From Podarcis filfolensis (lineage: Eukaryota): a stretch of 64,000 nucleotides of DNA. Under the pieces are notes generated by a model. That model was not told where the DNA came from. It saw only the letters and a list, made by a program, of their open reading frames with translations, and ran no database searches. Where the stretch lies: the NCBI GenBank assembly GCA_964270895.1, contig OZ185452.1. The stretch is one strand, 5' to 3'. The position numbers and the translations under genes are program-made. How positions within the stretch are numbered: the stretch's first letter is position 1; each line of letters starts with the position of its first letter. This document shows positions 13,735 through 24,290 of the stretch, one piece after another.

Positions 13735-15139
13735 CTGTTTTTTAAAAGAAGAAGAAGTCTTTAGATCGAACTTGAGATAAGAGGGGGAAAGAGAAGGTGA
13801 CAGATGAGCAACTGTTGGTTCCTGCTCTCCTTGAACTGTTTCATCCCAGCCATCCACTGGAAGAACTTGTAACAAAGGACTAAGTACCCAAAATCGCTTA
13901 TTTCCTCCTCCCTCTCTTTCAATCCCCCTTTCCCTTTCCTTTTTAATTTGTAAGCTTGAGGGCATGGACTGTCTTGATTTTCTTAATCTGCAAACCACCC
14001 TGGGAGCCTTTTTGGCTGAAGGGAGAGGTATAAAAATAAATAATGAAATAATAATTTCTCCATATAGCAAAATAAGAACATTTCCAAGGTGAGCTGGAAT
14101 CAGAGGCAATTTCACACGGAGTTCTACACCTAGGAAGAACTTAGATTTCTAAGAACCTCAGCTCCCCACCCCTCGTTTGTTTGTTTGTTAGCAACACAAG
14201 TAAATTGAAACAAAAGTTTGTCAGCATCTGCTGAAGATGTACAGGCCAAATGGCCTCTTTGCAAGGCTAATAGTTACCAGAGGGCAATCAGATTAAGTCA
14301 TGCAAATACTGCAGTCAAAACAAAATACGCACATTAAGCAAAGATACATAATGCTGTATATTTAACGGTTTAGCAAAAATCTAAATAATATTATACAAGT
14401 TGCGTGGTTCTAAACACTGCATTTATTGCCTGCGTTGGTCACAAGAATGGATGGGCACTTAGGAGCATTTTAATACATGACACAACTTGACTACTGAATT
14501 TGAGGCGCTGGAAAGTAGAAATTCCTATTTGACTCCCTTTTTACAAGGATCTAGTTGTTCCCCATACTGGTATCATTCAGGTGTCAGCAGGCCTTTGAAA
14601 CATAGTGCGAAAGATATATAATTATTGCTGGCTGTTATACATACAGTATTTTATTGTGCATTTTTAAGTTTTTTAGATTTGTTTAGAGCCGCAACCTGCT
14701 TAAGAGAGAAAGGGCAGGAAATAAGATGTAATAACAAACAAAATAAATTAAAGCACTGGACTGAAGAACAGTATTATTGCTGTTATTAAATTTATTACCC
14801 ACCCTTCACCAATATTCAGTATTAAAAACAGTCAAAAAACAAATTACTGTCATAGGAATAGGGAGGGTCCTGAATGTGCAATATTAAGCAATGTGCAATA
14901 TTAAGCACCAAAATGACAGCAAGTTAAACCAAACACAACTCAAAAGGTGCAGAAGTACCACAGAATGGTGGCAGAAATTCCAATTTCTGGGTGGGAATGC
15001 TGGAGATCTGTACAGCAGCTCACATAAGGCTGAAGGAAACCTGCATGAAGGATCTAGGGTGGATGAGCAATTACATGGTGTTAGAGGTCACTCTTGTTTA
15101 GTACTTTCAAAATTCTAGTGTTGCAAGTAGCTTACACTG

Positions 15140-15280
15140 AGGAATGCAGAATCTGTGGCCCTCCAGAAGCTGTTGGGACTACAACTTCTATAATCTCTGA
15201 CCATTGGCCATGCTGGTTGGGGCTGATGGGACCTGCAGTCAAACAACACCTGGCGAGCTACAGTTTTCCTACGTGGTCTA
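15140..15280. mobile_element. URR1-like MITE
   Basis: tgtggccctccaga...ggactacaac...gggctgatggg layout. Confidence 0.65.
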
Positions 15281-16298
15281 CATTCCCACTTCACTTTATT
15301 AACCAGTAAATGCTGGTCCAGTTTTATTTTATTTTCACTTCCGGAGGCGGCGCCATCGGTAATGGCGGGTTCCCTCCAGCTGTGAGGGAATAGCTCCACG
15401 GAAATCGGGTCTAGCCGCGACGGCGACGCGGGGACCCTTTAGGAACTACAGGCGGGAGAAGCCTGTGTTCGTGGGACTCAGCGGGCACCTTCAGTGCCCC
15501 CCCTAACTGCGAGGGAACCCCGCAAGGGGTCCCGGAGCGAAACGGGGAGATAGGCGCGGTGCTGAGAGCCAACTGCTTCTTCCGTGGAGCGAAGCCGCAC
15601 AGCCGTTGCCGGAGAGCGCTGACCTTTTTCCTGGGACAATTCGGCTAACAAACAACTACCTGTGAGTAGGTCAAGTTCAAAGACCGGGGAATTTAAGAAA
15701 AAGAGGATTAATTTGGCACTGAATCGGGAAGGCGCAAACAGGAAGTCTGCCTTCCTTTCTGTATATAGTTCAAAGCAAAGACTGATCAAGCTAACGCTGG
15801 AGAGCTGGGTTTAAAAGGACTTAAATCCTAACGTCAAATTAAAAGATTTCCCTCCCTGAATTGCAGGAGAGGGGAGGGAAGAGGAGAAAATATATTTTGC
15901 CTGCAAAAAAAGTGGAGGAAAAAGGAGTAAAAGACCACCACTTAATCCTTGGGAACGGACTGCCAGATTAATAAAATTGCTGTACTGAGAATCGCACTAT
16001 TTATGGACAATGTAACTTTGTGACAGTTAACTCTGCAAGTGAGACGCTTTTACTCTGAGGGTTACTTTGGACTTGGAACTGTTGCTTTTTGCTTTTGTAG
16101 AAGGGGGACTTTGGAAAATCGGAAAAGAGACTCTATTGCAATACCATTGATCGTTATTGTGTCCCCCTAGAGGAACTTTGAAATTGTTGCAACTAGCCAG
16201 GGGATTTTCCACTCTTGACTGGCCTGGGAAACTTCCGTAGCAAAACAAGTTTTGGCCGTGGGATTGACCTTGACTTCCAGATTCCTAGATAAAGTGGC

Positions 16299-17390
16299 AT
16301 GGCAGACTTGCTTCAGGAAAAGACAACAAGATCGGGAAAGGTTAGACAGCAGCAGACTAGTGTAACGCAGCAGCGCAGAGCATCCGTATCTGCCTCTGCA
16401 TCTGTATCTGCCCCTTCTGCATCACAAGGAAAAGATCCTGCACAAGGAAAAGATCCTGCACAAGTTGGGTCTAAAGGAATGGCTACTGAAGAGGGATTTA
16501 CTTCAGTATTAAATAAAATTTTTGAAACCTTGGAAAAATTAAGTAACCAAGTTACTGAAGCGACTACTAAAATTGACCAAAATACTACTAGCATCAACAA
16601 TTTGGGGCAGAAGGTGAACTCAAATACAGAAGCTATTGAAAGACTGTTGCAAGAATCTGCTTCGAACCAAAAGGCAGCTGAGGAAGCAAAGGAAAAAGTG
16701 CTGGCTGTAGAGGAAAAGATTCCAACTATATGTAAAGAGCTAAAGGACCACCGATCGCTTCTGTCTATGATCGAACTTAAGGAAAAACAGACTAATCTGA
16801 GGATCAGGGCGGTCCCTGAATTGGAAAAAGACTGTTTAAGTGACTTTCTTACGCAGGAATTTGCAGAATTTTGGAATTTGGATGCTAAGCAAGATTTTAA
16901 GATAGTAAGTGCTTTTAGACTTGGAAGAGGAGGGAGAAAGAACAGGGTGAGAGACTGTTTGGTTACCCTCCGAACGAAAGAAGAGAGAGACAAAATACTG
17001 AGTCTGCACTTCCAGAAGACCTTGGAAATAAACAATTCAAGAGTGGAGATATTCAAGGATATTCCGAAATACTTATTGGATCTTAGAACTAACTGCGGAG
17101 ATTTGGTGGCCCTATTGAGAAGTAACAGAATTGTTTTTAGGTGGGAATTCCCTCAAGGCCTATCCTTTACCTTTAAAGGGAAAAAGTTCAAAATAAGATC
17201 AGTGGAAGACAAGGAAAAATTCCTGAGAGACCACGAAGAAGACCTGCAAAAAGAAGTTCTAGAAGAGCTAAGAGCTTTAAAACCAGGAGTACTAGACATA
17301 GTACCACCACCTTCGGGATTGGACAAATTAGAAAAAGTGATACCACCATCAGAACAAGAGGAATTACTGGGAGCAGTTGGAGGAAAATAG
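16299..17390 (+). CDS. L1 ORF1 protein (coiled coil, RRM and CTD), intact, 363 aa
   Basis: Heptad-rich N-terminal half, then NLRIRAVPE, RDCLVTL, VEIFKD and FRWEFPQG motifs typical of L1 ORF1. Confidence 0.9.
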   Translation: MADLLQEKTTRSGKVRQQQTSVTQQRRASVSASASVSAPSASQGKDPAQGKDPAQVGSKGMATEEGFTSVLNKIFETLEKLSNQVTEATTKIDQNTTSINNLGQKVNSNTEAIERLLQESASNQKAAEEAKEKVLAVEEKIPTICKELKDHRSLLSMIELKEKQTNLRIRAVPELEKDCLSDFLTQEFAEFWNLDAKQDFKIVSAFRLGRGGRKNRVRDCLVTLRTKEERDKILSLHFQKTLEINNSRVEIFKDIPKYLLDLRTNCGDLVALLRSNRIVFRWEFPQGLSFTFKGKKFKIRSVEDKEKFLRDHEEDLQKEVLEELRALKPGVLDIVPPPSGLDKLEKVIPPSEQEELLGAVGGK

Positions 17391-17402
17391 AATAAATACA
17401 TC

Positions 17403-20400
17403 ATGTCTCTGCAATTATTAAGTTGGAACATTCATGGACTTAATTCCCCGGAGAAGAGGAGGAAAGTTTTTCATTTATTGAAAAAGGAACAACTGGACTT
17501 AATTTGTTTACAGGAAACACATGTGATAAGGCTACACAGGAAAGTATTGATTAATAAAAGATTGGGTCAAGAGTTTATTTCATCGGATAAGGTTAAAAAG
17601 AGAGGAGTTGTAATTTATGCTAAAGAGAACCTGTCACCGAAATTTGTTTTTAAAGATGATCAAGGAAGATTTGTGGCAATCAAAATTCAATCACAAGGAG
17701 AAAAATTTTTAAAAGTAGGAGTTTATTCACCAAATGAGGGGAAATCTGAATTTTTTAAGAAATTGCATGAGACATTGTTAGACTATATGGATCACAACAT
17801 CATTATGATGGGAGATATGAATGGAGTGGTATCTACAAATATGGACAAGTCGCAGAGACAGACTGTAACTAAAGATGGCAGACTACCAAAAACCTTTTTG
17901 GAACTGACTGACAATATGGACTTGATTGACATTTGAAGAATTAAGAACCCCCTAGGAAGAGAGGGAACATTCTTCTCTGAAGCCAAAATGACATGGACAA
18001 GAATTGACCAAATATGGATAACTAGAGGACTGGCACCTAAGACTCGAAAAGTGGAAATTTGCCCAAAAACTTGCTCCGACCATAATGCTGTGAAAATGGA
18101 GATGAAACTAACATCAATCGGTTCCTTCAGATGGAGGATGAATGACACCTTGTTTAGAGATCAAGAGGTTATCAAGAAGGCCCAAAAAACCTTGAGAGAC
18201 TATTTTGAGATAAATTTGAATACTACTACTGAAAAAAGAATAATCTGGGACGCAAGTAAAGCAGTTATGAGGGGTTTTTTGATCCAACAGAATACAATAA
18301 AGAAGAGAGCCCAAAATGGAAAAAAAGATAAAATTTTAGAAAAAATAAAGGAGGGTGAGAAGAAACTAAGAGTGAAACCAAAGTCACAAGAGATTCTGAG
18401 AGACATAAAGTTATATCAAGTGCAATATATGAAGATGATGAACCAGGAAACTGAATGGAAAATTAAACAAATGAGACAAAAGACATTTGAATCAGCTAAT
18501 AAATGTGGAAAATCATTAGCTTGGCAAATGAAAAAAAGACAAAGGCTTAATACTATCACTAATTTGGAAGTGGAAGGAAAGAACATTCAGAATCCAGTGG
18601 AAATTAGAAAATGCTTCCAGAGGTATTTTAAAGAGTTATATACACAAGGGCCACAGAAAGAGTTTGATATAGACCAATTTTTAAAAACAAATGGATTACA
18701 AAAAATCTCTCAAGAAAATAAGATAATGTTGAACTACAAAATTACAGAAAAGGAGGTAGAAGGTACCATTCAGAATATGCAGTTGGGTAAATCTCCAGGG
18801 CCGGATGGCCTAACCTCAAAATACTATAGATCTTTGAAAGATTGGTTAATTCAGCCACTAAAGGAGGTTTGTAATGAAATTTTGGAGGGGAAAAGAGCGC
18901 CTGAGTCGTGGAAGGAAGCCTACATTACACTTATACCGAAAACGGAGTCTGAAAAGACACAACTTAAGAACTACCGCCCCATATCCCTGCTCAATGTGGA
19001 TTACAAAATTTTTGCTGATATTTTGGCTAATAGATTAAAAAAAGTATTAGTGGAAGAGATACATAAAGACCAAACTGGCTTTCTCCCAGGTAGACACTTG
19101 TCTGACAACACGAGGAACATAATTAACATATTGGAGAAGTTGCAAGTGAATATTAATACTAAAGCTGTTTTAATTTTTATAGAAAGCCTTTGACAATATT
19201 TCTTGGAATTTTATGAAGAAAAATCTTCGGGGGATGGGGGTGGGTCAAAGGTTTGAAAATGGTATAAGTGCAATTTATTCAGAACAAAAGGCTAAGCTAA
19301 TAGTTAATAATGTAATCACAGAGGAATTTAAGATAGAGAAAGAGACACGACAAGGCTGCCCAATTTCCCCATTGCTTTTTATTTCAGTCCTGGAGGTTCT
19401 GATAAATATGATCAGAAGGGACCGTCTGATTAAAGGTATTCAGGTCGGAGTCAAACAATACAAATTGAAGGCTTTTGCAGATGACCTAGTTTTGACGTTA
19501 CAGGAGCCAGAATCTAGCACGAAAAGAGTATTAGAACTGATTCAAGAATTTGGTCATGTGGCAGGATTTAAACTGAACAAGTCAAAAACTAAAGTTCTTG
19601 AGAAAAACTTAACACCGATTGAGAAAGAGAGGTTTCAGAAGGAGACTGGTTTAACATTAGCTAAGAAAGTAAAATATTTGGGGGTTAATATGACTGCTAA
19701 GAACTTAAATTTATTTAAAGATAACTATGAGAAATGCTGGACAGAAGTGAAAAAAGACTTAGAAATATGGTCAAATTTGAAGCTTTCCTTGTTGGGTCGA
19801 ATTGCAGCTATAAAGATGAATGTATTGCCAAAAATGTTATTTTTGTTTCAATCATTGCAAATCTTGGACAAGATGGACTGTTTCAAGAAGTGGCAGAGAG
19901 ATATTTCTAGATTTGTCTGGCAGGGCAAGAAGCCCAGAATAAAATTCAAAATATTAACTGATGCAAAGGAAAGAGGCGGATTTGCCCTGCCAGACCTTAA
20001 ACTTTACTATGAATCAGCAGCATTCTGCTGGTTGAAAGACTGGCTGCTTCTTGAGAACACGGACATTTTGGACCTAGAAGGTTTTAATAATGTTTTTGGG
20101 TGGCATGCATATTTGTGGTACGACAAGGTTAAAGCACATAAAGCATTTAAAAACCATATTGTCAGGAAAGCATTGTTTAATGTCTGGATAAGATACAAAG
20201 ACTTATTGGAAAATAAAACCCCAAGGTGGTTGTCACCAATGGAAGCGAAGGCTCAGAAAAAGCTCAATATGGAGGCCAAATGGCCGAAATATTGGGAAAT
20301 ACTGGAACAAGAAGGAGATAAATTGAAATTGCAGAGTTTTGAGAAATTAAAAGATAAAGTGCGAGACTGGCTTCATTATTATCAAATAAGAGAGGCCTAT

Positions 20401-21132
20401 AATTTGGACAAAAAAATTGGCTTCCAGGTGGAAAAATCAAAATTGGAAACAGAATTGTTAGATCCCAAAACTAAGATACTTTCAAGAATGTATAACTTGC
20501 TGTTGAGATGGAATACGCAGGATGAAACGGTTAAATCTGCAATGATTAAATGGGCACAAGATATTGGTCATAACATTATGTTTGCTGACTGGGAACAGTT
20601 GTGGTCCACCGGTATGAAATTTACGGCATGTAATGCCTTAAGAGAGAATATTATGAAAATGATATACAGGTGGTACATGACACCAGTCAAGCTTGCAAAA
20701 ATATACCATTTGCCCGATAACAAATGTTGGAAATGTAAAGAAAATGAAGGTACATTCTTTCACCTTTGGTGGACGTGCCCAAAGATTAAGGCTTTCTGGG
20801 AGATGATCTATAATGAAATGAAAAAGGTATTTAAATATACCTTCCTGAAGAAACCAGAGGCCTTTCTCCTGGGCATAGTCGGCCAATTGGTGCCAAAGAA
20901 GGATAGAACTTTCTTCATGTATGCAACAACAGCAGCAAGAATACTCATTGCAAAGTATTGGAAGACACAAGATTTACCCACTCTGGAAGAGTGGCAGATG
21001 AAGGTGATGGACTATATGGAATTAGAGGAAATGACTGGCAGAATCCGAGACCTGGGAGAAGAGTTGGTGGAAGAAGATTGGAAGAAATTTAAAGACTATC
21101 TTCAGAAACACTGTAAAATTAATGAATGTTAA
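17403..21132 (+). pseudogene. L1 ORF2 (endonuclease and reverse transcriptase), disrupted
   Basis: Motifs SWNIHGLN, LQETH, GDMNG, SDHN, YRPISLLNVDYK, RQGCPISPLLF, FADD and CWKC...HLWWTC. TGA at 17934-17936 (presumed W) and a frameshift at 19182/19183. Confidence 0.93.
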
Positions 21133-21721
21133 AAATGATGTTAGATTGAAAATAAGAGGCACTAGCAACAAAGTTAATGAGAATATGCAAAAATGAGTTG
21201 ATAATGGATGAAAATATAGAGCTATAATATGTTAAGATATAGAGTTAAGATAAACGAAAGAGGGTAAGGATTTGCTGATTTGATTATTTAAAAGGGAATA
21301 CAGAAAGGGGAGGTGTGAGGAAGTCAAGGAAACAAGCTAATGAGTTTAAAGTTACAAAAAATGGGTTTGTTTTTAACTCTTTTGTATCTATTTGTTTTTG
21401 GTACTTTGTATTTTTATTTTTATTTTTTCTTCTTTATGTATTTTTGTATGTTTTTTTCTTTTTTTTCTTTTGTATTTTGTAAATTTATGTTTTTGTAAAA
21501 TTTCAATAAATATTTTATATATATATAAAAAAACAGTTTTATTTTATTTTCAAAGTGTCTCTCTGCAGAAGTAGGTAACATACTTGTAAACCACTCCGAA
21601 GCCTATTATGACATTAAGAAAAACAAATTGCTTAAAAAAAACCCCAGCAACACACAATGGAAGAGCCTGCTTTGCTGTTGTAACACAGAGGCATTTGCAG
21701 AGTTGTTTTTGTCCTTCTTAC

Positions 21722-21793
21722 CTCATTTGTTTGCTTCCCACTGTAGGACATCTTCTTGATTGCCACCACCTCATTCGTGCGGGCGTTGGTGGC
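21722..21793 (-). CDS. TAOK3: TAOK3 coding exon 2 (ATNARTNEVVAIKKMSYSGKQTNE)
   Basis: 72 nt, bounded by tttccag and GTAAG; contains the VAIK lysine. Confidence 0.97.
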
Positions 21794-21919
21794 CTGGAAA
21801 TTGGGGGGGGGGGGGGAAGGAGGAGAAAGAAATAAGTAAGACGTTTTCTCATTTCCCCCCTAAACTCAAGGAAGCCAATTGATCAAGGAGAGTCTCTTGC
21901 TCACAAAGAATTTTTAGTA

Positions 21920-22160
21920 CAGTGGTACCTTAAGTAACAAATGCCTCAGGTTACAAACGCTTCAGGTTACAAACCCCACTAACCTGGAAGAGTTACCTCG
22001 AGTTGAGAACTTTGCCCCAGGATGAGAATGGAAATCATGCGCCGGCAGCGCAGTGGCAGCAAGAGGCTCCATTAGCAAAAGCACACCTCTAGTTAAGAAC
22101 AGTTTCAGGTTAAGAATGGACCTCCAGAACAAATTAAGTTCGTAACTAGAGGTACCGCTG
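21920..22160 (+). mobile_element. Tc1/mariner (Tigger-like) MITE
   Basis: TIRs CAGTGGTACCT and AGGTACCGCTG; TA duplicated on both sides. Confidence 0.88.
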
Positions 22161-22717
22161 TACTGCATTAGGCGTCATGCTAGGTGTCAGCAACACAAGA
22201 TCTACTGCAGAAGTAGTCCAAATTCTGCACAGGTCTGCTAGACTATCTGCCTCCCAAATGGCATTCCACAGAATCAATGCAGATGGCAGTACCACTTGCC
22301 AAAGCCCAGCATCTTTCAATCAGTACTGAAATATTAACCTTGAAATCTCCTACTGTTCTCTCCCATGTAGCCTTAAAACCTTGAGAAGGGCCATACACTC
22401 TATCACTAAGCTGCTTTGTTGGGTGGGGAAGCAGAAGTGGCAGCAGACCCATACCCCTCTATGCCACTGTGCAAGGATGGGCAGTACCAGGCTGGAAGTG
22501 GCACATGTCTCTCACCCGTTGCTTTTGGCATGGTCAGTACCATTTCCTGCACAAACATTTGACATTCCACCAAGTAAGCAAGCTTACTAAAAATCACCAC
22601 GGTAGGCTGGACGCTGTTCAAGAGTCAGCAGTTTGCCCTCAAATCCACAAAGACCACGCTATCCTCTCTTGTGTTCCAATAATTAAGATCAGCTAAATGA
22701 ACATTCTTGGTTATAGT

Positions 22718-22845
22718 TACAGGCAGGTAGCCGTGTTGGTCTGCCGTATTTGAAACAAAATAAAAAAATTCCTTCCAGTAGCACCAACTAAGTTTGTTAT
22801 TGGTATGAGCTTTCGTGTGCATGCACACTTCTTCGGATACACGCT
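22718..22845. mobile_element. Penelope-like element terminal fragment
   Basis: ggtagccgtgttggtctg...gtagcacc...gagctttcgtg...cacttcttc motif series typical of reptile Penelope repeats. Confidence 0.6.
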
Positions 22846-23039
22846 TCTTCTTGGTTATGTCATCCGAAGGGCAAGGGCAATGCTCAAAAGTTTTTCCAGC
22901 AGTTGTGAAATGCCCTTCCCTGAGAAGACTCAACAAACTCTGTGCCAGCCCTAACACCCTTCCATAGCACTGCAGAAACCTCTGCCTAGGCTCTTGGAAA
23001 CTGGGGTTAAGCTGTTGGGCGGCATCAGAGTTGGCAGTA

Positions 23040-24290
23040 GGAAGCAGGGCAAACAGACTGGCATGCCAAGCAGCATCTTGTTTCTCACAATGGCTAGCTG
23101 GATGCCTGTGGGAAGCATAAAAAGAGGCAAGAACCTCTCCAGCTATTATCCCCCAGCAACTGGTACTCAGAGGCATGGTGCCATCACAACTCACAGCTAC
23201 TGATGGCGTCATCCACCATGGATTTGTCTAACCCCCTCTAAAGCCAACTAAGTTGGCAGCCCTCACATATTTGTGACTGTGAATTCCACTGCAGGTTCCA
23301 CAGCTTAACTATGCACCATGCAAAGTGCTTCCTTTTGTTTGTCTTAAATCATTTGCATCTTTGGATGACCCCAGGTTTACCTATTACGAGAAAGAAAAGC
23401 TATCCACTTTGTCTACACTGCCTATTTTTTTTAACATTCCAAAATAATAATAGAAAGCAGTTGTCACTTTTCCTTACAAGGGAGTTGTTCCAGACCTCTA
23501 ATCATTTTGGTTGCCCTGTTCTGCACTTTTGCCCACTCTGCAGCATCTACAACTGTCCACAGCATCCCATGCGCTGTCATACCACAGATCTGAACAGAGA
23601 TATTACAACTCCAACAGTTTTATATTTAACCCCTTTCCTAATTATCTCTAGCACAGAATTCACCTTTTTCAAAGCTGTAGTGCACTGGATCAACCTTTTC
23701 ATTGTGCTATCTGCCATGACCCCAAGATCCCTTTACTGGTCAGTCACCGCCAGCTCAGATCCCATCAATGAATATATAAAGGCAGGATGACTTCTTCTTT
23801 TTTTGCTCACTTCCCTCACCATTTCACTGAACTGTCTTTGCCATTTTATTACCTGCTTTTGGAGAGGTTATTTCAGAGTTCTTCACAATCCCATTTTTGT
23901 TTTTACCACCCTGAATACAGTGGTACCTCGGCTTAAGTACTTAATTCGTTCTGGAGGTCCGTTCTTAACCTTAAACTGTTCTTAACCTGAAGCACCACTT
24001 TAGCTAATGGGGCCTCCTGCTGCCGCTGCGCCACCAGAGCATGATTTCTGTTCTCATCCTAAAGCAAAGTTCTTAACCTGATGTACTATTTCTGGGTTAG
24101 CGGCGTCTGTAACCTGAAGTGTATGTAACTTGAAGCGTATGTAACCTGAGGTATCACTGTAATTTGGTGTTATCAGCAAAGTGGGCAACCTCACAGCTCT
24201 CCCTTAACTCTATGTAATTCTCCGTCAATAAAACGTTGCTCAGAATGAACAGCCAGGTAAGAATCCCAGGCTTTTTAGGGTCAGGTGAAA
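23040..24290 (-). mobile_element. CR1 LINE 3' fragment, interrupted by a Tigger-like MITE
   Basis: Degenerate RT motif FADNTKL at about 24160-24185 and CR1 3' UTR motifs (gttTctcacaatggc...gatgcctgtgggaagc). Confidence 0.75.
23918..24159 (-). mobile_element. Tc1/mariner (Tigger-like) MITE, same family, opposite orientation
   Basis: TIRs CAGTGGTACCTC and GAGGTATCACTG; TA TSD. Confidence 0.88.

Larger units (their letters stand above)
15338..21533 (+). mobile_element. Full-length L1-clade LINE, antisense to TAOK3
   Basis: CpG-rich 5' UTR, ORF1, ORF2 (APE-RT-CCHC), AATAAA at 21505, and a (TA)n plus A7 tail. Identical 19-bp TSD CAGTTTTATTTTATTTTCA at 15319-15337 and 21534-21552. Confidence 0.96.

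Noticed and set aside
13558-14115. 185-aa single-exon kinase fragment
   Set aside because: Only 13633-13734 is TAOK3 exon; the rest is intronic read-through. The same holds for ORFs 25880-26533 and 2228-2416.
15353-15366. 14-nt match CCATCGGTAATGGC between the L1 5' end and TAOK3 exon at 10746
   Set aside because: Several 14-mer matches are expected by chance in 64 kb, and this one does not extend.
15478-15789. ORF0-like antisense ORF in the L1 5' UTR
   Set aside because: Starts at TTG, has no similarity I recognise, and its length is unremarkable for GC-rich DNA.
16313-17056. 247-aa antisense ORF
   Set aside because: Shadow of L1 ORF1 on the opposite strand with no recognisable motifs. 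The same applies to the other antisense ORFs within the L1.
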